From: Syncephalis fuscata S228
Lineage: Eukaryota; Fungi; Zoopagomycota
NCBI GenBank assembly: GCA_025786725.1
Contig: JAHLTZ010000020.1
Coordinates: forward strand, 310,001 to 374,000
Direction of reading: 5' to 3'
DNA: 64,000 nt
The notes beneath the pieces are model-generated. The model searched no databases, was not told the DNA's origin, and saw nothing but the letters and a program-made list of their open reading frames with translations. Each line of letters starts with the position of its first letter. Positions within the stretch are counted from its first letter, which is position 1. Shown here one piece after another: positions 1-12,371 of the stretch. The translations under genes were made by a program, and so were the position numbers.

Positions 1-847
1 CGGTTCATGTCGCTCGACATCCCGAACTCGTTGAGTATGTCAAAGACATGATCCGAGCTTGTCGACCCGATCTTGAAAAGGTAAATACTAGCATTTGTTG
101 CATTTACGAGTGTATGCTAATTGACAAGGGGTACGTTGGTATTGCTGCAGGGTGCTGTCGAGCGTATATGTTTGGTTGTGGTCAACAAGGCCTATACGCC
201 GGTGGAGCGTTTTGTATTTGAGATTGATGCACTTATTGATCCAAAATCTATCGACAAGGATGCAGTGTAAGTGACCAATTCGACTGCTATTTTATTTCCA
301 TTTTTACTAATAGACAAAATAGTACAGAAGGAGGATTGACGGCCGCGGATGTCGAGGCCTATTTGCGTGCCTTTTTGCTCAAAATCAGTTTATGTGACGC
401 GGTGTTGCATCCTAATCCACCTGGTAAGCAAGCAAATGCGGTATCAATGCAGCCACGCACGTCTACTTATCACCATTCCCTTTTCCCCTTTATTTCTGCA
501 TCTAGATTGCACATTTGCACTTGTGCTCCAACTTAATGATGGATCACCTTCTGCGACTCAGGTAAATACAGTTTATGATTTATCTGCATTTGTAATAATA
601 ATATTAATAATGGTGATTACAGAACGGCTTCCCTTGGGTACCTGATGACCAGCCAAAGGATGCACTATGTCCAGATCACTCTGCAAAGTTAATTCCAATG
701 AAATCAATGGACACAGGACTTATGAAGGTAAGAAACTGATGAGCTGCTTATTATGCAGTCAATTAACTAGTTTAATGGATTTAGGTCCAATTGTTTGTAG
801 AAGAGACAGAATTAAAAACAAAAACACCGGTATCTGCTCAAGGTTAA
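1..847 (+). CDS. REV7: HORMA-domain DNA polymerase zeta subunit Rev7/MAD2L2 (5' partial, 6 exons in window)
   Basis: Spliced translation VHVARHPELVEYVKDMIRACRPDLEK|GAVERICLVVVNKAYTPVERFVFEI...VEAYLRAFLLKISLCDAVLHPNPP|DCTFALVLQ...FPWV...KLIPMKSM...KVQLFVEE matches Rev7/MAD2L2 motifs. GT-AG introns start near 81, 267, 424, 562, 728. Stop TAA 845-847. Confidence 0.9.
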
Positions 848-1525
848 TGATTTGTATATATGGATCGGCCATCTATAGCTAGCGAGCACTATTAGTATTA
901 GCTTTATAATCTATATTCCTATATGTTATTGTTTTATCTGTCATTTCATATTCTACGTCGTATTCCTATTTTTATTTCATAGTTATCTCTGTCGTGACTG
1001 CAATATTGTCAATTCTATTCTTGTATTCTTACTATTAAACGGTTTCCTCTTTCAGTCTCATCTACACTCACTCACCTACCCATTCAACCATTCACACTCG
1101 TTATCTACCTCATCCCTCATCCTTCTTCCCCGTCACTCATCCTACTCGTCACCATCATGATGCCCATTCTACCACTGCCAATTTAAGCGTATCAACTGCT
1201 CTGTTCCGGTCTCATTTCAAATGCCAGGCTTATGACGTAGCGTGCTTTTTCGTCAACCATTTCCGGTCCAGCCCGGCCCCTTTTGTGGCATGAACGGGCA
1301 TCTGTTTCGCTCTTTATTTCAAGCCCACTATTTTACCACTACTGTTACCACACTACCATGGGCGCTTGGCTCTAGGTAAATGTGAACGTAGTTGCGAGCA
1401 TGTGTGTGAAATTATCTTTGTCTGCATTGTGTGTGTCCCTTTTGTGGCATTCTTTCTTTTTATCTTTCTTTAGCCTGTTTTAAATAAATTATTCACAGGC
1501 CTATGTTATTAAATGTTCAAGTGTT

Positions 1526-1562
1526 GAACAACAACAACAACAACAATAATAATAATAATAAT
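1526..1562. repeat. Compound (AAC)n(AAT)n microsatellite
   Basis: Directly visible tandem trinucleotides. Confidence 0.8.
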
Positions 1563-1623
1563 GGCAAATAAATATTGTAATATAATAATTTAATTGGTAA
1601 ATTTATTTAAATAGTGTTAAATT

Positions 1624-2665
1624 TTAATGTAAGTTAAAATAAGATGTTAAACGGGCACGCGATGTAAATCGGCTATAGCCAGATGTTACAGTTTGTTTAA
1701 TGTCGACTTCCGTTGTTTCAGACCCAATGGGACTACTAAGAGAGTCGGCGGCATTTCTTACATCGACGCAATAGTTTGTCAAAATGGTCAATGTCAATAT
1801 CCTGCAGCGAGTATTATTAATACTTTATAATAAATTGTTTTAAAGCTTACCAATCAACAAAGAATAATGCATCAGCAAATGTTTTGCCGATTTTGAAATA
1901 CAGTAATACATTGCATAGAATATTGGCAAAAAGAACAAGTAGCACAGCTTGTATACCGTCTCTGGCTAAACGCTTCCAAGCGAACAATCCAAATTTACTG
2001 TATTGGCGATAGGCTATATAGCTGAAAACGCACAGGAAAAAAACGGTTGCTGGCGTTGTTGTCGTCACGCAAAGTAAAGGCCCAGCATCTATGTAGTAGA
2101 TAACACAGCCATAGAACGGCTCTATGGTGATGACCGAAGTAGTAAGTAAAATACCTACTATGCCTAGATGTATCAAATTGATAAGGATACCAGACACCAG
2201 TATCCAGCGTTGCTGACGAAGGGCAAGATATACTTTGTGAAGAATAATGGTGCTATGACAGAAGCAAGATAGATTTTTAACGAATATAAAATACCATCCG
2301 AGTATACGGCAGTTCATCGCAGGAACATAAATGGCTAGTCCATATACTACACCCAAAGAGATGCCAAGAGCTGAAGATATAAGACAGCACCATCCAGGCA
2401 ATGCGTGTACTCGCGTACGAATCAGCTTTACAGAAATATTGAAGACAAAAACAAAAATCCATGCAGCCAGTATGAATGCAGCTAGTTGAATGTGAAATCC
2501 GAGTGAACGTGCTCGCGTCAACTCAATGTCGCCAATAGGTTCTGTGATAAACTCCACGATACTCCGCTCGCCAAGCGGATGCATCTGGATATTCCATATC
2601 AAAGTGGCATTATGGGCCCATGTTTCGCTATATTCTTCATTGGAAGTGATGCTAATAGGTAGCAT
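1624..2665 (-). CDS. Orphan 7-transmembrane, GPCR-like membrane protein (2 exons)
   Basis: ORF 1847-2674, first ATG at 2665. Intron about 1850-1802 joins ...FFVDW to ILTLTILTNYC...; stop 1624-1626. Seven hydrophobic segments, with Cys at the top of TM3 (MNCR) and in ECL2 (GCV). Confidence 0.7.
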
Positions 2666-5275
2666 TTTATGCAATACTAATAAAATTGACGCGGATCAGC
2701 CAGTGATTTAAATGAACAATAACAACAACAGGCGCACGACGCAATGGCAAGTATGAGCATCGGTTTATAGATGTTCTAAGTGTGGCGTACAAGGGCGTGT
2801 TGCAGCAATCCTGTTGCGCGGTAGACGGGTATGACTGTCCCGTAACCCGGCCTCAATGACTACATGGCGTTTTGACTACGTGTGACAACACTTGCCAATT
2901 CCCATGGGCGCAAGGCTACGTGAATAATGTCCAAAGCTACCACAGACACATGGATTTGTAATCCATGCTCAATTCATATCACGCCTTCCCTTATTGAATT
3001 CATGTAAATTAATGGATAAGTTAATGCTAAATATAAAAGTAATAAAGCAAATGATGATAAACATACTTGTTTATTGTATAAAAATAGACAAAGTATTAAA
3101 CAACCGCAACAGGATGGGCGTAACGCCATGTAGACATTGGTATACGCCATTGATCTAATAAGGTCTACTTTAGCGATTTTATAAAAAATGGCTTATAACA
3201 TGTATCAACGTCTACTATTTTTGGTCAATGGCCTACAGACAATGAATAGTTCTGCCCTTGTACCATGATCATGCTTCTATTTCGAATCCCGTACTAGCAA
3301 TGAATCACATGACTCGATATAGATTGGGCGTTGCATCAAATGCCGTGTAGACTGTTTCGTTCTACAGCATCGTTATGAAATAAGTCTCCTGTTAAAGAAA
3401 TACTAGAAGCCGCAGCATACATACATGCTCTCTTTCTCGGTACTGACTATACGAATAACTGGCTACAACATGCTACATTGTTCAGTAAACTCTTATGACA
3501 GTTTAGACAAATAGACTGCACCGTGTTTCGTTGTGTTTAATGCTAAATAATCAAGCAAGAGATAATACCTTTGATATCATGTGGGTGTACATGTGTGGGC
3601 GTACAGAGTTTCAACAGTTCGGCCATCTGCGAAATGTTTGACATGTACGTCTATGTCTAAATTCTTAGCCGAACTAAACACGTAAACTCGCCCATAGCTT
3701 CACGCGATAATTATATGACACAGACTTTGGTCGTTCCATTGGATTTACAAGTGGAGTACATGCATCACCTTTAGTGATTTGCCTATTGTTTTCACCAAGT
3801 ATTAGTAATATTAATTTTGCTTTTGTCAGTACAAACAGCACCAGCATTGCATATCATGTAGTTGATCATTTTTGTTTCAAATATTACTACTACCTATAGA
3901 CGCTCAAAACTATAAATTCTTAAAATATACTGAAAGTAAACTATTGGGCTATCAAGCAAAGCCATACCTTTGATTGTGATACTCAAGACACGATACAATA
4001 CAAAGGCTCGACTAGACTACGATACAATGGCCAAGCATACTATCTTTTGACAAACAGATTGCAAAGTTATGATAAAAACGTGCTAGTTAAACAATACTAA
4101 CACTTAATTAATGCAATTATAGATAAATAGTATTTTATTGGCTACTGATATAAAATTAAATATTACTTTAGCATCAACCAATTATAGAACAAGATACACG
4201 ACATTTGAGATATTGCTATTCCATTGGTTTCTTGCCTATAAATAAAACTATTATTTCATAAAATGTCAAAGCAGCAATATAGCAAATTATTATTTGCTTG
4301 GTTTTGGCTGCCTTATGTATTCATTTATTTGGCCTATAGTAATAATATTATTATAGCGCTATGTTAAGATTTACTGCCAGTAACAGTTAGCATCAGATCT
4401 ATTCGTTATCACTCTAGTATTTTAGTGATATCAAACTACTAATAGATTCATATTCTATTTAGCATTATCCAGCATATTTTATTAGAGTTTAATAAAGAAA
4501 CAATACAATAAAAATGACATCAGATTGAGCGTGTATACACTTGGCAAACAAGTTTGAAACTTTACAATAGATTTCTACAATTACTATTCTATAACAGTTG
4601 TCTAAAAATAGACATTCTGATTGGCACATTAAAAAATATACTTGCATTCTTAAAAAATAGACAATATTAAAATATGACCGAATCCGCGCTTGTGTGTATT
4701 GTCATCTTATCAACTCAATGCCATGCTCGCCTCAGTTTAGCTTGGTTAGCAATTACGCCCATGCTTGTCGGCGTTGTTTCTGGATTCATCCGCAATAAAT
4801 TAGTCAGTGGTTTCAGTCTCAGACTATAGTCATAGGTGTCATTTTTGGGAATATGAAACATCCATTCAGTTATAGGATTTTGTTACAGGTTGCGAATGCG
4901 GCATTGCATCTACAATTGGGTTTAACTTCTGCAGCATTGTCTATCACAATTGCCACTGAAATAAAAACTGCGTGCTAGGTCATATGCTTGCTAGCTTATT
5001 TTACTAGATGCTACGCAGTTTTTTAAACAGTGTTTTTTGTTATTATGGCATCTGCACTAACTATGAATTGGTCGAGCTAGCGCTTGGCGACTGACTCATA
5101 AACCACAATTTTTGTAGCGTGTATGTAGGGCCTTGCCTGATTATTTCAACTGTTAGTTCGTGCTTCTATACAAGTTTTGTTTTCTCCTTCCCCCTTCCTG
5201 AGTTGTGAGATCATAAAGACGGATCACGATGGCATTACGCACATTCATATCATTTTACTCCTTTCATTCAACATA

Positions 5276-7165
5276 ATGTGTTTTTCCATTTTTAATACGG
5301 CATTATTATTTACTTTACTATGTCTACTAGTACACTCTAATAAAGGCTATGCCAATATTGCCTTCATCAATCCGGATGGTAGCAATACTACATATTCATC
5401 GATAGATTATTTCTCTCATTACAATCTTACTACAATTCCCAAGGCATTGCAATGGCTTGGAAATTTCAAAATGCATCGAATGGAAATGATTGTACTATGC
5501 GCTCAATCAACGCTTCCGATCCTATTATTCGAAAAGCAGTAATCGACACAAAATCCCGCGCCGACTTTGCCATAATTGTGGAACAAGGTGATTTCTGGGA
5601 CGCAAACTGTAACACCAAAGCAAAGGTAAATACCTAGATGGTATTATGTCTAGCTAACATCAGAATAGGTAAATGAAGCAATGGTCAACCTAGCTCAACA
5701 GCTGGCCCAAGTTGGATTTCCGCCGATCAAGCTTTTTATTCTACTAGAGTCAAAACGCTATAGCCATATACCAATACATAGCTCTTTTGCGTATTACTTT
5801 AATCAAATTTTCGAGGATATATTCAACTCTAAATCCATGTTGACCATGATGCTCAAAGGAAAGGACACTACACTGGCAAATGATATAGAATCTCGTAGTT
5901 ATTTTATTGTTCGTTATGCTGCAAAAGAAGGTACGTTAACACTTGTAAAACGCAACGTTCGATGACTAAACTAGTGCTAGATTCAAGTTTATGGAATATA
6001 ATAGTACTATCGTCTTATTTCATGGCCTACAAATGGGTGTATTTGGCTTTGGTATGTAAACATAATTTATGTATAATTTTCTAATGTATTTCAATAGATT
6101 TTGGTTGCTTTATTTTATGCATCTGCGCGCATTGTAAAGATGGCATTGCTAAAAATACTACGTTATGATCTTTTTCTGTTAGCATTTGGCTTTACGGCTG
6201 CTTATTGTATTTGTAAGAAACAAAAATTAGGCATTAACTAGTCGTCTAATCCAATTTTCTTAGCACTCCTATTTCATTTAAAAATAGATGATGCTTTAGT
6301 ACCTTCAGACCGGTATATTCCCACTCACGGCCTTTTATCAGCAATATCTTTTGGTCTGATACTTTGGCACTGGTATGTTGCTATTAAAATCTGCTATATA
6401 ATTAAAATACTTAAGGATATCTAGGGCAACTACAAGTAAAAACGTATTTTCGTTAAAAGCTGTTACGACTCTTCGAGCAACCATAGTTTTTGGCTTAACA
6501 ATACTGAGCATAATATATGCATATCAGATATTTTACTATATTTTTGGCTTGAATTCTCGGTATAAACATTTTAATGACGTTGCAGTTTTGATTTTATTTT
6601 ACTGGCCTTTATGATAAGTCTTAATGGTATTTTATTTGGAGGATTTGGTAAGTTTTTTACGCTTCCTATAAACTACCTAACACTTTATGTTTCCTTAGCA
6701 ATTTGGTTTACATTTTCCGCAATCAAGCTACGTAGACACCCAAAGGGCCGTTCACGTTTTACTCAGGTATATATTTTATCGTCGCTTATACATGGCACTT
6801 ATATAATATAATAGTTAGCGTATTTTACTGCAGTGATAAGTCTCACTTATATACTGATTGCGATCTTATATATAATTGGCTGCATTAATTATACAGTACC
6901 AACACTTATCGAGCTTACCATGGTTTGTTTCACAAGTAACACGACCTATTTATTACGTGCGCTTGTTTACTTGATGGCATTCGGTATAAGTTGGCCCAAA
7001 CCTAAAAAAATCAAGAGACCTCATTTATCGCTTGGCCCTATTACAGACTTTGAATATGAACAGGCTTTATCAACCAATGATCAAACCGGCTATTTTGCAA
7101 ATCTACACCAGCAACATTGCAACGACTTATCAATGCTAGAAAATAGAATTAAATGTAAAATTTAA
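5276..7165 (+). CDS. Signal peptide + extracellular domain + 7TM GPCR-like protein (about 8 exons, one frameshift near 5425); paralog of 41491-43360
   Basis: Hydrophobic N-terminus MCFSIFNTALLFTLLCLLVHS; short GT-AG introns; multiple TM exons. Shares motifs (DYF..YN..G, DCT, C.T.A, PP..LF, WN) and intron positions with the gene at 41491. Confidence 0.7.
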
Positions 7166-7277
7166 AATACTTTTTTGTATCAATAATATACTATTGAGAT
7201 ATTTATGGTAAAACAAGTTATCAATACTTTATAAACAAAGGTTTATAAATTAAGATTATAATCAGTATATTAAATAG

Positions 7278-8410
7278 GGAAAATTATATAAATTACTATA
7301 TAAATTGTTGTTGTTATTAATAAAAATAAAACGTTATAAATTATATTTATTAAATACACCGTTTTGAAAAATCTACCAAATGTTTACCAAACTATTTAAA
7401 AAGCTATATTTAACAGTATTGAAAAACTGAGGGCCGCTGTTGATAAGTCTAAGCTTGTTAACAATTGCAGTTTTAAGAGGGAAAATAGTGATTCAGCAAA
7501 ATTATAGCGTATTTATCCCCATAAAGACCATTCCAGCAACAAATATCAGTTTGTTTTGACTGCCAAAAAGCAGAAAACTGGCCTAGTAAAGATTACCCAG
7601 TACAATTTTAAACACTTTAATGGTTATACATATGATTCTAGCAATGATACTATTAAATCTATTGCTAAACATATTACAAATGATGTTGCTATATTCTCAA
7701 ATGTAAAACCAAAATATGTACAAGTAAAAGCATAAAGTACACATTTAATTATTTAATATACACTAGCAATTGTAACAGCTTAATAAGTGTTATTGTTTTT
7801 ATTACAAAATTTAATTTGCTTTTGATTCAATAAAAAATGGCATTGTTATAGCAATAGTAATAAAATGATGCAATACTGGCCAAGTAACCAAAGAAGGAAA
7901 AGAAATAGAAATAATGGTTTAATCAAATGTTTAATATCAATTTAATTATTATTATTATTAAATAACTTATAAAAATAGCTCAAATTAGCATATCTATAAC
8001 AAACGTTGTAATTGTATGGATTCTAATATAAGCTAAATGAATTGGATTATAAAAGTCATTTTTATTATTATTGAGTAACAGTATTATGTAGTTATAATAT
8101 TATTGAATAATAAAAGTTACAAAGCTAAATTGCCTGATGGGAAAAAGTTAATTACAATAAATGCAACAATTTTAATTTGAAACTTTGCTTATTTACGTAG
8201 TTTAATTAATTGTAGCAATATTGACAGCAGTGCCAATCGTGTTTTATTTGTTAAAAGACTTTTGACAATATACTTGTAGTAAATGCAACTCAAAAATACA
8301 GTACAAAATATATTGTGTAAAATTAATACTAACAGTATTGAAATAGTAGTTGATGTTGTAATAAACGTTTTATTTAATAAATTTAAAACCGGTATGTTGT
8401 TCAAAATTCA
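7278..8410 (+). mobile_element. Non-autonomous MULE (Mutator) derivative, copy A
   Basis: Aligns by eye to the 5' end of the transposase at 34793 (ATG..ACCAA.CTATTTAAA...CTGAGGGCCGCT...CAGAAAACTGGCCTAGTAAAGATT) and to copies at 11202, 21738 and 52700. Begins GGAAAATT; TIR-like sequence near 8385-8410. Confidence 0.85.
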
Positions 8411-8564
8411 TTTATAAATTATAGTTATTATTAATCATTATTAAATGATATAGATTAAAAGTGCAGTTTATTATGATGATAATGGCTATTAAAATGGTTA
8501 TCATAGTATTAATAGTAATTACTAGTATCACTATTATCACTAATACTAGTCAATATATCTTTAT

Positions 8565-10713
8565 TTACAAACGAGAGCTTTCATAGACCAGTGCTACGTC
8601 TAATGCTTGTATTAGTGTTTGTTTCTAATAAATATGATATACAACATATATATATATGAATCGATAGCTTACCTTGCTTTGCCATTTCGGGTCTTACTTG
8701 TTCAAGATCGCCAATAAGAATGGCCACCGATGATGACCAACGATTAGCAGCATCAATGTCATCGGCAGCATTTGTATACTGTGCATGTTCAATAAGTAAG
8801 GCACCAGTAACTGTTTGGGCAATGGCAAATGCCAGACTGCGTGCGCCGTATTCCAGTCGTGTCTTCTCTTGAATATTGGCGCGAATATACGCTTCAATAG
8901 CACTTAGTGCATTACGGATATGGCTGGCTGCATCCGCCAATGGTTGAGGGAAGGATACAATCATATTGCGAATAGCCTAATACAATATAAATAAATTATA
9001 TTGTTATTATTAATCATGTTGATTGGCTACTTACCTTGCCAAGTACGAGGAAAGCGTCACCACCATCGGGTAAAAGTACACGCAATAAATCTAATGAAAG
9101 AATATTGGTTGTACCTTCCCAAATGGTATTTACTTGTGCATCACGATAAATACGACCCATACCAACGTCTTCCATATAGCCTTGGCCACCGAGTGATTCC
9201 ATGGCTTCACTGATGGCAGCTATACACTTCTTGGCTGTCCACAGCTTAATAACTGGAGCGAGAATACGGAAGAGTGCGTTATCGTCGCGCACAGCGGCCG
9301 AATCTCTGCCTGGACATTCGACGCGGCCCAAAACAGATAGGCCATAGTAGGTTAGCTGCATTACTGCACGATATGTAAGCTCCATATCGGCTAGTGTGCG
9401 TGTATGTAGTGGCAATTCAACTAGTCGTTTATCTTGAGCCTACAATCCATCCAATTAAATACCATTAATTACCACTACTTTTAATTAAAGTGATAGCAAT
9501 GTAAACTTACCACGCGTACACGAGAATATTCCTTTGAAATGGCCAGTGCTCGACCCAGGCCACCACATACACCAATAGCACAGTGCATACGTGTAATGTT
9601 AAGAATAGAAGCAATAGTGGGAATACCACGATGCAGTGGGCCTACTAATTGGCCACGCATATTTTCAAGTTCAAGTTCGGCCGTAGGCACTGCCTTCGTA
9701 CCAAACTTATCCTTTAAACGGTGGATGCGCACGCCATTAAGCGAGCCATCGGCATTACGCATCTCAGCAAAGAATACCGATAGGCCGCGGCTGCCTTCAC
9801 GGAATTCGTTGGTTTTTGGATCGCGTGCACGGGCCAGCATCAGTGTCATATCTGCATCGGTGGCCGATGAAAACCATTTAAAGCCATGGATGCTCCATTC
9901 ATTATGGGCTGCGTCCAGCGGTTCGGCTTTTGTTTCGGTTCGGCTTACATCGCTGCCCCCTGGTCGTTCGGTCATCCATTGACCGCTGGTCCAGAACCGG
10001 CTTGGATCGCGTGACGTTAAGCGAGTTAAGGCAAGTTGTTTGATGTCGTTGTTATCGCATAGTTCAAGTACACGTGCTGCACCGTCGGTCATGGCAAGTG
10101 GACAGGAGAAAATGCCAGATGATGGGCCAAATAGCAGCATTTTTGTAAATTGATAAAGGCGGCTGTATTCTTTTTGTGCACGTTCATACGCAATTGCCAC
10201 TAAACTATATAATAATAAATGCAATAATAATGTCAATTATTTAAATGTTATCTATTGTGCAAATAGTCATCATACTTACCCTTCTTCAGCAGATACGGAT
10301 TTTAATTGACGCCAACCTTCAGGTGTATTTAATTCATCAACGCGGCGACACCATGGATCAAATTGACGAAGAGTTGGTGGATGAGTCTCCGCATCGTTAC
10401 CCATACGTGCAATATCTATCAAATTATTAGTACTGAATTCATTTACTTTATTGCCATTGTTGTTATCATACCGCCTAGAACACGGTCTCCAAAACGTTCC
10501 AAGTCTGGCCGAATCGATTCATACACGTCTTTGGGTATATAGCGTTGGAGAATACTGCGCAGAACACGGTTTTCTGTAAACTGGTTGCCAATGACTGGTA
10601 CTTCCTAGTTGGTAGGCGGAATGAGTACTCGGTCAATAGGGCGTTACCGCTCGCGGTTAATCATCACTTACTTGGAGGAAGCCACGGGTAGCGTTTGCGT
10701 ATTCAGTCGACAT
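8565..10713 (-). CDS. Acyl-CoA dehydrogenase, AidB/ACAD11(ACDH-11)-like, with C-terminal PTS1 (SRL); about 7 exons
   Basis: Motifs CPLAMTDGA, SGQWMTERPGGSDV, GFKWFSSAT, RLKDKFGTKAVPTAELEL, EAMESLGGQGYME, VNTIWEGTTNI. Start MSTEYANATRGFLQ at 10713; last exon DVALVYESSRL, stop 8565-8567. Confidence 0.9.
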
Positions 10714-11201
10714 GGTCAATGTTTGGTTTGGTAGTAAATGAATGTGTACAGGTTTGAAGAGTTAGACGAGCGTATGAACGTGGTTTTAATAAAGGGAGAA
10801 GAGGCGAACTTTGCTTGAATGCAGACCTGTACATATTAATGCGTGTAAACTTGTGCCTGTTTCTCGGCAAGTTGCGAGCCGACCATACGGCACTAGTTAC
10901 TCTATAAGAACTCCGAACCCCACATAAATAAACCAAATAAATACAGTTGTCTTATTAATGAATAGAACTTAGTGTAATAGCTGTAAGCACAGTATAGTGA
11001 ATAAAACAAATGATAATTTCTATTATGTGTGTGTATTAATAACTATAAAGTAGTTATAACATTTGTTCGTAAATATATTAACACGTTAATTGCGCTATTT
11101 TCATATAAGGAAATAGTTCAGGGATCATCAGAGACTATTGGTTACATACCAATATTATTTATAAAAGTGAAATGAAGGTGGTATAACTAATACTGCCATA
11201 C

Positions 11202-12173
11202 TTAACAAATAAAACACGATTGGCATTGCTGTCAATATTGCTACAATTAACTAAACTACGTAAATAAGCAAAGTTTCAAATTAAAATTGTTGCATTTATT
11301 GTAATTAACTTTTTCCCATCAGGCAATTTAGCTTTGTAACTTTTATTATTCAATAATATTATAACTACATAATACTGTTACTCAATAATAATAAAAATGA
11401 CTTTTATAATCCAATTCATTTAGCTTATATTAGAATCCATACAATTACAACGTTTGTTATAGATATGCTAATTTGAGCTATTTTTATAAGTTATTTAATA
11501 ATAATAATAATTAAATTGATATTAAACATTTGATTAAACCATTATTTCTATTTCTTTTCCTTCTTTGGTTACTTGGCCAGTATTGCATCATTTTATTACT
11601 ATTGCTATAACAATGCCATTTTTTGTTGAATCAAAAGCAAATCAAGCTTTGTAATAAAAACAATAACACTTATTAAGCTGTTACAATTGCTAGTGTATAT
11701 TAAATAATCAAATGTGTACTTTATGCTTTTACTTGTACATATTTTGGTTTTATATTTGAGAATATAGCAACATCATTTGTAATATGTTTAGCAATAGATT
11801 TAATAGTATCATTGCCAGAATCATATGTACAACCATTAAAGTGTTTAAAATTGTACTGGGTAATCTTTACTAGGCCAGTTTTCTGCTTTTTGGCAGTCAA
11901 AACAAACTGATATTTGTTGCTGGAATGGTCTTTATGGGGATAAATACGCTATAATTTTGCTGAATCACTATTTTCCCTCTTAAAACTGCAATTGTTAACA
12001 AGCTTAGACTTATCAACAGCGGCCCTCAGTTTTTCAATACTGTTAAATATAGCTTTTTAAATAGTTTGGTAAACATTCGGTAGATTTTTCAAAACGGTGT
12101 ATTTAATAAATATAATTTATAACGTTTTATTTTTATTAATAACAACAACAATTTATATAGTAATTTATATAAT
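11202..12173 (-). mobile_element. Non-autonomous MULE derivative, copy B (inverted, near-identical to 7283-8254)
   Basis: Reverse complement matches 7283-8254 over 972 bp, with about 11 substitutions counted by eye. Confidence 0.9.
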
Positions 12174-12371
12174 AACAGACTAATAAAGTGAATTAATTAC
12201 CATTTTCAGACAACACATTAGAATCATCAATAAACACCGACATCTATTATAGCGCACGCTTCACTTGAGTATTATCCATCCATCCATCCATCCATCTTTC
12301 TATTCATCTATCCATCCATCGATTGATTGATTGTGTTATTGTAGGCAATTGCCGTTCTTTCTAGTAGCAAT

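Noticed and set aside
1190-1215. SRP RNA helix-8-like string on the minus strand (GAGACCGGAACAGAGCAG)
   Set aside because: Only a partial match; no supporting Alu or helix 5/6 pairing could be built.
8189-8404. Small hydrophobic ORFs at 8189-8404, 34134-34367 and 52661-52876 resembling one another
   Set aside because: They are antisense readings of the same degenerate MULE segment, not a peptide gene family.
9539-9982. 147 aa plus-strand ORF and similar antisense ORFs (33406-33945, 36708-37205, 50098-50670, 57375-57824)
   Set aside because: Antisense or alternate-frame shadows of well-supported genes, with no independent motifs.
7270-12185. Target-site duplication around the inverted-repeat cassette
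   Set aside because: Flanks (ATAGGGAAA vs AACAGACTA) do not match, so transposition as a unit is not demonstrated.
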